64,000 nt of DNA from a virus. The position numbers and the translations under genes are program-made. This document shows, one piece after another, positions 17,297 to 24,779 of this stretch (position 1 is the stretch's first letter; the number at the start of each line of letters is the position of its first letter). The notes under the pieces were generated by a model. It was given only the letters and a program-made list of their open reading frames with translations. It had not been told where the DNA came from and did no database searches. The stretch lies in the IMG/VR virus record IMGVR_UViG_3300021964_000017; one strand, given 5' to 3'.

Positions 17297-17304
17297 TATT
17301 TATA
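17297..17304 (-). promoter_or_regulatory. Late promoter of the exported-protein operon
   Basis: TATAAATA immediately upstream of 17286. Confidence 0.75.
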
Positions 17305-17524
17305 AAGATTCCTTTTTGGACCCATACTGGTGGCATTTGAGATCAATAATCTCATATCGTTCCAGTATAGAAGTATTCTCGTATAGTGAATTTACTTTTT
17401 GAACCACCACGTTCATACATTGCTGTTCTGTTTCGAATTTTACTTTACCCTCAACTACTTCGCAGGTCTCATATGAATGGGGTTGTCCAATAAGACATAC
17501 GTATATTGCTGCTGTGAATATCAT
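17300..17524 (-). CDS. Small Cys-containing hypothetical protein
   Basis: 74 aa, four Cys, hydrophobic N-terminus. Confidence 0.65.
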   Translation of the reverse strand: MIFTAAIYVCLIGQPHSYETCEVVEGKVKFETEQQCMNVVVQKVNSLYENTSILERYEIIDLKCHQYGSKKESL

Positions 17525-17608
17525 TATAGTTTCTCTCTAAATAATGTGCCCGTATTATTTAGTCAAGAATAAAGGCCGCACAAATCGACCTTTTAGTGTT
17601 GTATTTGC

Positions 17609-18088
17609 CTAATCAATATTAGCTCTATCTAACCGTCTAAATATTTCTTCAATGTCCTTCAAGACATTGTGGATGCGTTTATCATCATCTATCTGTGTGT
17701 TGTTAACTTCACGTTCTATCTTGTCAAGTCTGCTGTAGATATCTGAAACTTTGTTTGACAGGTTACGCATCTGTTCAAGTGTGTCTCTCAGTGCGTAGAT
17801 TTGATCTCTTAATGTGTCCATCTGTCCACGTGTAACTGAGTCATTTTTCTGACGCTCTAATGATCCTACAATTCCGTTTACTTCAGCACTGATTGACTGT
17901 AAATCTAATAGTTGCTTGTTGATGTCTTTTTGGGATTGTGCAATAGAATCTATCCTTGCGTGAGCATCTGCTGATGTCTGTATAGACTGTTCAAGCGAAG
18001 TTTGTAGATCACTGGTGATTCTAAGACCTCCGTACAACACCCCAATCAAAGGCAAGACTGCTGTGATATATCCTATCCATTTCCACAT
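17609..18088 (-). CDS. Membrane-anchored coiled-coil protein
   Basis: N-terminal TM helix plus heptads; AAGGAG RBS. Confidence 0.75.
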   Translation of the reverse strand: MWKWIGYITAVLPLIGVLYGGLRITSDLQTSLEQSIQTSADAHARIDSIAQSQKDINKQLLDLQSISAEVNGIVGSLERQKNDSVTRGQMDTLRDQIYALRDTLEQMRNLSNKVSDIYSRLDKIEREVNNTQIDDDKRIHNVLKDIEEIFRRLDRANID

Positions 18089-18102
18089 TTTATAATTCTC
18101 CT

Positions 18103-18137
18103 TAAAAACAAAAAAGTCGGGCTAACCATGGCCCGAC
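18103..18137 (-). terminator. Intrinsic terminator within a structured leader
   Basis: GTCGGGC-CATGGTTA-GCCCGAC-TTTTTTGTTTTT. Confidence 0.75.
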
Positions 18138-18168
18138 ACGTGCTTATTACGTAGCAACCCGATACTTT

Positions 18169-18176
18169 TATTTATA
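18169..18176 (-). promoter_or_regulatory. Late promoter
   Basis: TATAAATA right after the stop of the porin-like gene. Confidence 0.65.
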
Positions 18177-18180
18177 CGTA

Positions 18181-18540
18181 TTAGAATGCGAAAGATGCAC
18201 CCATTTTTACGTTGCCAAACTCAAAGTCAGAGTCTGTAGATACTTCACCATATGCGGTCAAGCCTGTTGCGCCAATGGCATACTCAGCTGAGAAGTCCAG
18301 ACCCTTAAAGGTGTCATCACCATTGAGGTTCATCAGATCGAATGTGGATCCCACGGTTACTTCTGCGCCCATAAGACCCAAGCCAACTTCAGGAGTTGCT
18401 TCAAGTGCCCAAAGCTCTGTGCCAGTGGTGTAGTTCATATCTACTTCACCACCTACTGTAAGACCATTACCAAGGTCTACTGCTGATGCTTGTGTTGCAA
18501 CCAAGAGAGTTGCTGCTGTTGCGAATACTGCGAGTTTCAT
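18181..18540 (-). CDS. Small porin/outer-membrane beta-barrel-like protein
   Basis: Ala-rich signal peptide (ASA), alternating strands, C-terminal GASFAF. Confidence 0.7.
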   Translation of the reverse strand: MKLAVFATAATLLVATQASAVDLGNGLTVGGEVDMNYTTGTELWALEATPEVGLGLMGAEVTVGSTFDLMNLNGDDTFKGLDFSAEYAIGATGLTAYGEVSTDSDFEFGNVKMGASFAF

Positions 18541-18576
18541 TTTACTTTTTCCTAGATTGAGTTAAACATTATAAAA

Positions 18577-18870
18577 GTGCCACATTTTCTGTTGCTAAGC
18601 AAGTGGCCAGCTCCCTGTGTTTAGGCTGCTAGAGCCAAACCAGATGGTGCAAAGTTATTGTTTGCAGTTAGTTTGTTTGATCTATACGCGATCATCCGGT
18701 AAACTCCACTTCATCTTCACACCTGTCGATCCTATTTCAGCCCCATCAAAAGTACACTTTATATTGAGAGGTTCTTACGGCTTCAGCGCTGCCTCGTAGT
18801 GTACTTATGGTGGAGCTGCTGGGTACCGCCCCCAGGTCCAGTATGTGTCCACGTTGCTTCAACGTTTACT
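18577..18870 (-). ncRNA. ssrA: Permuted (two-piece) tmRNA, alphaproteobacterial type
   Basis: Acceptor piece ...GGACCTGGGGGCGGTACCCAGCAGCTCCACCA ends at 18808. An intervening hairpin (18745-18807) follows, then the coding piece starting GGGGCTGAAATAGGATCGAC (18744). Tag ANNNFAPSGLALAA* at 18665-18621. Confidence 0.92.
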
Positions 18871-18873
18871 AGC

Positions 18874-19101
18874 TTACTTATACATCCTCTTTAATTTAAA
18901 GGCAACAAGGTTTAAACATTTGTACAGAGTAGGACCTAAAAGGCACAGTGCATAATACATTCCAAGTATTATCAAATACTCTGTAAACACATTCCCTTGT
19001 GTACGTAACACTCCACTGAATATACTACTATGGATTGCGGTGTATAGTAATACAAGAAAATATGAAAAGAATGGCCCCAAAGCCAGCATTAGCAATTTCA
19101 T
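18874..19101 (-). CDS. Small membrane protein
   Basis: Two hydrophobic segments; coupled to the upstream gene. Confidence 0.55.
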   Translation of the reverse strand: MKLLMLALGPFFSYFLVLLYTAIHSSIFSGVLRTQGNVFTEYLIILGMYYALCLLGPTLYKCLNLVAFKLKRMYK

Positions 19102-19346
19102 TAAAAGGGTGGCTCCTCACCCTCATACGAAGGCATCCATCCCATGGATATACCAGTGCGTACAGCGCGCTCATGGGGAGTTTCTTCTTCAGGCCACACA
19201 ATATCTGACTGTGAACCATAAATTGCTATTCTGTCATCTGATGATAGAACGCCATGCTTAAGCATCCAGCACTCAAGGTCAATAGGTATCTCTTCAGTTG
19301 CTTGCATCCCAATCTCCATCCCATGTATAAAATAAATGATTACCAA
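19101..19346 (-). CDS. Hypothetical protein (start probably MQATEE)
   Basis: Ends WMPSYEGEEPPF; coupled to the hydrolase stop. Confidence 0.55.
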   Translation of the reverse strand: MVIIYFIHGMEIGMQATEEIPIDLECWMLKHGVLSSDDRIAIYGSQSDIVWPEEETPHERAVRTGISMGWMPSYEGEEPPF

Positions 19347-19782
19347 TCACTTTAGACAGATCAACATATTCTGCCCAGCTAGGATTGACGTAGTTCGCAT
19401 GATAGTATACAGCACCCATGGTAGGGTCGACAACATTTCCTATCATGACATCGCGCGCAATTACCTTAGCTGCGTTCCACGCTTTGTATTCTTGTGGAGT
19501 CTGCTGTTTAATTAGATGAGTCCAGCTAAACTGCTTAGGTTGATAAACAACCTCACAAACCGTTGAAGGCCATTTTTTATGGGCCACACGATTCATAGTA
19601 ACATGAGCAACTGCAATTTGACCTTCTACACGTTCACCTCTAGCCTCATGATAGATGTTCAAAGCAAGGCATTCATGCTGCTTTGAATCAACGGTAGGAG
19701 GAGCCATCATAGCTGCCGCAACAACGCTTGCTGCAATAGACATAGTGATTAATCCACTTATTATGTTAGTTGTTCTGCTCAT
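19294..19782 (-). CDS. Cell wall hydrolase, SleB/Hydrolase_2 family
   Basis: CLALNIYHEARGE...GQIAVAHVTMNRV...VCEVVYQPKQFSW...GAVYYHANYVNPSW...IGNHLFY. Confidence 0.92.
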   Translation of the reverse strand: MSRTTNIISGLITMSIAASVVAAAMMAPPTVDSKQHECLALNIYHEARGERVEGQIAVAHVTMNRVAHKKWPSTVCEVVYQPKQFSWTHLIKQQTPQEYKAWNAAKVIARDVMIGNVVDPTMGAVYYHANYVNPSWAEYVDLSKVIGNHLFYTWDGDWDASN

Positions 19783-19787
19783 ACTTA

Positions 19788-19824
19788 TACATACCTCACT
19801 TTGATATTGAAGTCAACAGCTAAT
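19788..19824 (-). promoter_or_regulatory. Early promoter
   Basis: ATTAGCTG-TTGACT-17-TATGTA. Confidence 0.65.
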
Positions 19825-19827
19825 ATT

Positions 19828-19835
19828 TATAAATA
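19828..19835 (+). promoter_or_regulatory. Late promoter for the plus-strand nuclease/membrane trio
   Basis: TATAAATA upstream of 19870. Confidence 0.7.
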
Positions 19836-19869
19836 CGATAATAAAACAATAATAATTGGGAACCAACCT

Positions 19870-20334
19870 ATGTATGAATATAGAGCAAGGATTAACAGAG
19901 TCGTAGATGGCGATACCGTTGATGTTGATATTGAACTTGGATTTGGAGTTGTCTTATCAGACGAGCGAGTCCGTATTATGGGTATTGATACACCCGAATC
20001 CCGTACAAGCGATAAAGTAGAAAAGTTGTTTGGAAAAGCTGCTAAGGCTAAACTTCAAGAACTGTTGGGCGATGTCTCTATTCTAAAGACCCAGATCGCT
20101 AAAGACGGTGAAGATATGAAAGGTAAGTTTGGCCGAGTTCTTGGTGACTTTGTTACAGAAGATGGTCGAATGGTAACAGAAGTAATGGCAGAGACCGGCC
20201 ATTGCGTGCCGTACATGGGTGGTTCGAAAGAAGATACACAGGCAGGCCACCAAGCTAATAGAGAGCGTCTATTGGCCGAAGGTGTGGTGTCACAAGAGGA
20301 TTATAAAAAGGCTTGGGAGAAAATGAATGGCTGA
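19870..20334 (+). CDS. Thermonuclease (SNase)-family protein
   Basis: MYEY...RVVDGDTVDVDI.LGF...RVRIMGIDTPESRT...GKFGRVLG. Confidence 0.88.
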   Translation: MYEYRARINRVVDGDTVDVDIELGFGVVLSDERVRIMGIDTPESRTSDKVEKLFGKAAKAKLQELLGDVSILKTQIAKDGEDMKGKFGRVLGDFVTEDGRMVTEVMAETGHCVPYMGGSKEDTQAGHQANRERLLAEGVVSQEDYKKAWEKMNG

Positions 20335-20536
20335 TAATCAACAACCAATAGACATGCCAGAAGGTAAAATGGAAATGTCCCTCAGAGTTCTGGGCAATGA
20401 GCTTATTGGAATCAAGATGACTGTAGATGACTTCAAAATGAAGTGGATGGCTTTTGGAGTAATTGCAATCGTTGTAGTAACAGCAGCAGTTTCTACCTTT
20501 GGTCCATCAATAGCGGGGTTACTCGATAATGGCTAA
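20327..20536 (+). CDS. Small membrane protein
   Basis: One C-terminal TM helix. Confidence 0.65.
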   Translation: MADNQQPIDMPEGKMEMSLRVLGNELIGIKMTVDDFKMKWMAFGVIAIVVVTAAVSTFGPSIAGLLDNG

Positions 20537-20888
20537 TAAGAAAAACACTTTTGGTATTGAACAACGAACACTAGACGGAATGAAAGCTGCTGACCTTGAT
20601 GGCAACGGCGATGTTACTCATGAAGAGCTAGAGCTACAGCGTAAGATTTTAGAGATTCAAGACGAAGATGCTATGCGTGATGCACAGCGGAAGATGGCAT
20701 GGTTTGCCTTGTTTGGAATGCTGCTGTATCCATTTGCTGTTGTTCTAGCAGTGCTGCTTGGACTGGGCGAAGCGTCGAAGATACTTGGAAGCATGGCTTC
20801 TGTATACTTTGTCTCTGTCGCAGCAATCGTAGCAGCGTTCTTTGGTGGCCAAGCGATCAAAGGTAAGGGTACGCCTGATAAGAAGTAG
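20529..20888 (+). CDS. Two-TM membrane protein with an EF-hand-like loop (holin-like)
   Basis: DLDGNGDVTHEE loop, two TM helices, basic C-tail. Confidence 0.6.
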   Translation: MANKKNTFGIEQRTLDGMKAADLDGNGDVTHEELELQRKILEIQDEDAMRDAQRKMAWFALFGMLLYPFAVVLAVLLGLGEASKILGSMASVYFVSVAAIVAAFFGGQAIKGKGTPDKK

Positions 20889-20899
20889 TGCGGAACGTA

Positions 20900-21045
20900 T
20901 ATTCTAGTTCACTAATCAGATCTTTTAAGTCATCTCGATTAGCTTGATATAGAAATCCAATTCCCCCAGCAGCTTTCCACTTTTGAATGTTGCTGGGGTT
21001 ATCATCTACAAGGATGTTAGGCGAACCATCAACAATGTCATTTAC
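20900..21045 (-). pseudogene. C-terminal remnant of a 5'(3')-deoxyribonucleotidase (HAD)
   Basis: Start-less frame VNDIVDGSPNILVDDNPSNIQKWKAAGGIGFLYQANRDDL. Confidence 0.65.
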
Positions 21046-21257
21046 ACTCCTAAAATTCGACGTACGGTTGTCGGATCATCCGACATAACATTACCACCAG
21101 CATTCATATGCTCAACAATCTGCTCAAAGTAGAACTGAGCATCAGACTCGTCCTCCATTAGCTGAGCAGCTGTACGAAAGAAGTTACGCAACTTCATATC
21201 CTGCATGCCATCGTTAGCTGCAGCCTTGTGTGTCTTACCTGATCGTTGATTACTCAT
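21042..21257 (-). CDS. Hypothetical protein
   Basis: 71-aa coupled ORF. Confidence 0.7.
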   Translation of the reverse strand: MSNQRSGKTHKAAANDGMQDMKLRNFFRTAAQLMEDESDAQFYFEQIVEHMNAGGNVMSDDPTTVRRILGV

Positions 21258-21460
21258 GATGTATACTCCTTACTAACTTCGCTTGCATCCCAAACATAGG
21301 GATGATACTTCAAATTATCAACAACGACAACATCGCTATCACCAACCTCGGTCCAGACTCTATCATCCATCCACTTGTGGTAATAAGCAGGTCCACCCCA
21401 GACTCTTCGAGCCCGTTGGTAAGTTGCCTCATCCATTCCTACGTAGTGCACGGTTCGCAA
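21254..21460 (-). CDS. Hypothetical protein
   Basis: 68-aa coupled ORF. Confidence 0.7.
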   Translation of the reverse strand: MRTVHYVGMDEATYQRARRVWGGPAYYHKWMDDRVWTEVGDSDVVVVDNLKYHPYVWDASEVSKEYTS

Positions 21461-21648
21461 AAGTTTTCCTCCACAGACTTAATATGTTTACATTTCTTGA
21501 ATGCGGGACAGTCACAATAGAAACCCCTGTCCGACAATTCAATATTATACATGTTATTCTTAGAACCAGCAACAGTCCATTTGAACCCTATTGCCCAATG
21601 ACCTTTAGTGTTGATCTCATCAGACTTATGATAAAACTTAGACTTCAT
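21439..21648 (-). CDS. SWIM zinc-finger protein
   Basis: GSKNNMYNI...CDCPAFKKCKH. Confidence 0.75.
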   Translation of the reverse strand: MKSKFYHKSDEINTKGHWAIGFKWTVAGSKNNMYNIELSDRGFYCDCPAFKKCKHIKSVEENFCEPCTT

Positions 21649-21914
21649 TAGGCTGCTTGATCAGCCATGTTGTCATCAACTTCACCAAACTCGATATACT
21701 CTCTAACCAAGCCTTCGATAAAATCATCAAGGTCAAAATGCAATTCACCAAGATCTGCTTCTTTAACACCGATGTGTACATCAGCATCAACAAAGTTCCA
21801 ATTAAAACCTTCCCAAGGATTGTTTTTGCAATCAGCATTTTCAGGGTTAGCTACAGCCTTACGGAAGATTGCGATTACTTTGTCTTCGATCATCATTTCG
21901 TTTGTATAAGCCAT
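21648..21914 (-). CDS. Hypothetical early protein
   Basis: AAGGAG RBS and own early promoter; NWNFVDAD motif. Confidence 0.75.
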   Translation of the reverse strand: MAYTNEMMIEDKVIAIFRKAVANPENADCKNNPWEGFNWNFVDADVHIGVKEADLGELHFDLDDFIEGLVREYIEFGEVDDNMADQAA

Positions 21915-21938
21915 TATAGTTCTCCTTTTGTTATATTA

Positions 21939-21976
21939 GTTATAACATATAAAAGAACAAAGGTCAACAACTAAAT
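21939..21976 (-). promoter_or_regulatory. Early promoter
   Basis: ATTTAGTTG-TTGACC-17-TATAAC. Confidence 0.65.
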
Positions 21977-22210
21977 TTAACTTTTTTGATCATCTATTAC
22001 ATATGCCCCTTCAGGTAATTGAAAAGACTTCATTAGTTGAAGATACATTTCTGGGGATAATACAATAACGTCAAACCAATCTTTCTTTTCATTCCACTGG
22101 CGAATATAGCAAACTTCGTCATAGAGCAGAGCAGAGACATCTTCATGATATCCCTCTCTGTCCATAATAGTCAGTAAAGTTTCGTCGTGATCAAACTCTA
22201 CTGTAATCAT
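21977..22210 (-). CDS. Hypothetical protein
   Basis: 77-aa coupled ORF. Confidence 0.7.
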   Translation of the reverse strand: MITVEFDHDETLLTIMDREGYHEDVSALLYDEVCYIRQWNEKKDWFDVIVLSPEMYLQLMKSFQLPEGAYVIDDQKS

Positions 22211-22335
22211 TTGTTTCGACGCTGACGACGAAGTCGTGCAAATATGTTCTCTGTCCGTTGCCGAATTACAGAATTGATTCTTTTGCGTTTCAATCTAGCT
22301 GCAGTAGACTTTGCTAGTCTTATTGCTCTATCCAT
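22207..22335 (-). CDS. Small very basic protein (42 aa)
   Basis: MDRAIRLAKSTAARLKRKRINSVIRQRTENIFARLRRQRRNK; overlaps both neighbours; below the ORF-track cutoff. Confidence 0.6.
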   Translation of the reverse strand: MDRAIRLAKSTAARLKRKRINSVIRQRTENIFARLRRQRRNK

Positions 22336-22825
22336 ATTTTTTGTCATGTCCTTTACCATCACCATAATCTCCATCATACATGCTAAGAGTTTCTGCTTCG
22401 TAACTTAGATACTGACCAATACGAGTACCAGGCTTAATACGCATTGGACCCACACCTACATGCATAACACCAGCCATCACACCAGAGTATCCAGCATCAT
22501 ACAAACCAGAGGTGAGGAACACGCCATTGCGGTTAAGAGTAGAACGTGTGATGACCCAACCTGCTTCACCACTTGCAACTGTCACTTTGTTTTCCATAAT
22601 GACTTCATAGTCTCCTGGAATAAGATGATAGTATCCATCAGATCCAACATGCATCTCATCAGACCCACGATGAACTTTTTGATCTTCATCAATAATGAAT
22701 TCGGTGCCCTTGATCTTGAAGATCTTACCTACACGTAAGTCAACAGCGTTCGGCTGAACATCTCCATCCTTAACAGCAGTTAAACTAGAATTGTTTTGCT
22801 TACTTGCAATATTAATCATGCTCAT
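22328..22825 (-). CDS. dCTP deaminase / trimeric dUTPase-family protein
   Basis: VQPNAVDLRV, RSTLNRNG, YDAGYSG, PGTRIGQ, YDGDY. Confidence 0.8.
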   Translation of the reverse strand: MSMINIASKQNNSSLTAVKDGDVQPNAVDLRVGKIFKIKGTEFIIDEDQKVHRGSDEMHVGSDGYYHLIPGDYEVIMENKVTVASGEAGWVITRSTLNRNGVFLTSGLYDAGYSGVMAGVMHVGVGPMRIKPGTRIGQYLSYEAETLSMYDGDYGDGKGHDKKYG

Positions 22826-23108
22826 AGTTTGCGCTCTCCCATGCATTTAGAATATTATTAAAACCCATTATGACCCAATCATATGGTGTATCATATTGGA
22901 GGTCAACCCAATTGCGTAGCTCCTGCCACTGCTCTTCGGTTAGATCATCAGTATCATCTACCCCATAATGTTCTTGAACGGTATCCATTGCCCACTCGGT
23001 GAGAGTGTGCTCAATGTTATCAACCCACTTGTGTAGCTTTGGTACATCAAACTCAGACATTAGTTTCCTCCAGATCCAAAGCATGGCATAAGAATAGACT
23101 GTACGCAA
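22812..23108 (-). CDS. Hypothetical acidic protein (start probably MSEFDV, 23060)
   Basis: GGAGG RBS before MSEF. Confidence 0.65.
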   Translation of the reverse strand: MRTVYSYAMLWIWRKLMSEFDVPKLHKWVDNIEHTLTEWAMDTVQEHYGVDDTDDLTEEQWQELRNWVDLQYDTPYDWVIMGFNNILNAWESANYEHD

Positions 23109-23245
23109 TTACTAGAATACGCTTCTGGGTCGATTGCAAATGCTAAAAATAATGGGACTGCGCTAAGTATTAGGATGATCGTAAGAAACGATAGCGGAAG
23201 TCCTCGAAATAGTTTAGTAGACTTGCTCATGATTGTGCCTCCCAT
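23060..23245 (-). CDS. Small membrane protein
   Basis: One TM helix and a Cys pair. Confidence 0.6.
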   Translation of the reverse strand: MGGTIMSKSTKLFRGLPLSFLTIILILSAVPLFLAFAIDPEAYSSNCVQSILMPCFGSGGN

Positions 23246-23251
23246 TTACCT

Positions 23252-23572
23252 TCAACAACCCAAGAAGGGCGCGCGGCCCTCTCGGACAGCATCAAGTTCT
23301 GCTTCCTCTAGATCCAATGCATATAACATTAATACACAATAGTGCATAGCCTTCATAATGTCCTTACGATTCTTACCACCTTTCTTACCGTACCGAGCAA
23401 GATACTTAATCGCTGTATCACGAGACGTAGTCTCCAGCGAACCTAAGGAACGCCAGAAGTCTACAGTCTGAACATCACCATCACCAACATAGTGTTGGCC
23501 ATACGTTCCATCAATATACTCTTGCAAAGCTGCCATAGCTTTGTCTTCATTATATTTGTATTTAATTGTCAT
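23252..23572 (-). CDS. DUF3310 / T7 gp1.7-like nucleotide kinase-like protein
   Basis: YKYNED...TYGQHY...AIKYLARYGKKGG...DIMKAMHY. Confidence 0.7.
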   Translation of the reverse strand: MTIKYKYNEDKAMAALQEYIDGTYGQHYVGDGDVQTVDFWRSLGSLETTSRDTAIKYLARYGKKGGKNRKDIMKAMHYCVLMLYALDLEEAELDAVREGRAPFLGC

Positions 23573-24431
23573 AGTACACTCCTGAATCAGCTGGTAATTG
23601 ATCATCGATATGCCGGCAATTATACATTGCTTTGGCAATCTTGGCAACGTCTGCTGAGTTGTGATCGAAATCTACCTCAATCTCATTCTTACCAGCAATC
23701 AATCCAGTTGGAGAATTATCAAATTGAATATCACACATACCAGCCCACACAGCTGCAGAGCTATCCCAAGAGTCAATCGCCCACAGATACTCTTCCACTA
23801 GACTACATTCGTTAGGACCATCAACCATACCCAGGAAGTGAATCTTCTTATTGTTACCTTTGATTGCATCTAGGATACCACGCTCGTGGAGCTCACGCAT
23901 AAACTTCCAACGAGACATGAATCGTTGTAGCTTATTGTCTTTTTCAACACCATACGCAATTGGGACGGCTAGAATAGAGACACCAATATAATCTACATGC
24001 TCGGACTGAGCTGCCCACTCGAACGCACGAATGAGATCTTCGAGGTCTCCCTCTTCCGATTGAGGAACAAAGAATGTTCCAAACCCAGCCTCTCGTAGCT
24101 CTGGCGCCATCTCAATAGCTTTATCAATAGTTACTTGAGAGGGTTGGCCTGGATAGTCGGACATCACAATGTAGTCAGCTCCGACTTTGGTTCCCATTTC
24201 AATTAGCTTATCGGATGGATACATTTCACGACCCTGCTTGTACATCTCGAAGGCAGAGTTATCCATAATGTTAACATAAGGACTAAGCCCACGAGACAAG
24301 TCGCGATCAGCATACCAACTGGCATACGTCTCGTCTTGCTCGATCAAGTGTGCTAATGTTAAGTGAAAAGGTCGACCTGCTGCAAACAAGTCTAAGTACG
24401 CGGTTGGCGTAATGTGCGCAAATTCAGTCAT
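23562..24431 (-). CDS. dpdA: TGT-fold DNA guanine transglycosylase (DpdA-like)
   Basis: IMDNSAFE, ADYIVMSDYP, FFVPQ, KIHFLGM, IDSWDSS mirror TGT/DpdA motifs; lies in a folE-queD-queE cluster. Confidence 0.7.
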   Translation of the reverse strand: MTEFAHITPTAYLDLFAAGRPFHLTLAHLIEQDETYASWYADRDLSRGLSPYVNIMDNSAFEMYKQGREMYPSDKLIEMGTKVGADYIVMSDYPGQPSQVTIDKAIEMAPELREAGFGTFFVPQSEEGDLEDLIRAFEWAAQSEHVDYIGVSILAVPIAYGVEKDNKLQRFMSRWKFMRELHERGILDAIKGNNKKIHFLGMVDGPNECSLVEEYLWAIDSWDSSAAVWAGMCDIQFDNSPTGLIAGKNEIEVDFDHNSADVAKIAKAMYNCRHIDDQLPADSGVYYDN

Positions 24432-24503
24432 GATATCTCCATAGTTTAAGGTATAGGCAGATTAATCGTCTGCCTATATTATACTTCAAATCAGTTTAAA
24501 AGT

Positions 24504-24734
24504 CTACTGGGCTTGATGAATGTGATGAGGAGGAACTCGATGTGCTGCTTTACCAGTTTCGACATGAGCATAAGACCGACCGCCCATTGACTTCATGCCT
24601 TTATAAGTACCAGTAACTTTTTCGCCTGTTCTCTGATGCGTGAAAGATACTTCTTTGCCCTTCATAGGCTTGAGTTTAGCCTTAGCGGCCTTAACTGCAT
24701 CTTCCTGCAGTGAGTGGTTTTGAAATGATTGCAT
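24504..24734 (-). CDS. Small basic late protein with a capsid-targeting-like N-terminus
   Basis: MQSFQNHSLQE followed by a Lys-rich domain; own late promoter. Confidence 0.65.
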   Translation of the reverse strand: MQSFQNHSLQEDAVKAAKAKLKPMKGKEVSFTHQRTGEKVTGTYKGMKSMGGRSYAHVETGKAAHRVPPHHIHQAQ

Positions 24735-24771
24735 CTTTAAGATCCCATAAGATTAAGTGTATATACAGTCT

Positions 24772-24779
24772 TATTTATA
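24772..24779 (-). promoter_or_regulatory. Late promoter
   Basis: TATAAATA overlapping the dpdL stop. Confidence 0.7.

Noticed and set aside
18808-18840. tRNA-like 3' end with CCA, considered as a tRNA or attP
   Set aside because: It is the acceptor piece of the permuted tmRNA; no integrase or stand-alone tRNA seen.
24452-24478. Perfect 10-bp hairpin in the dpdA leader, considered as a preQ1 riboswitch
   Set aside because: It lacks the preQ1-I loop consensus and A-rich tail; more likely a terminator or stability hairpin.
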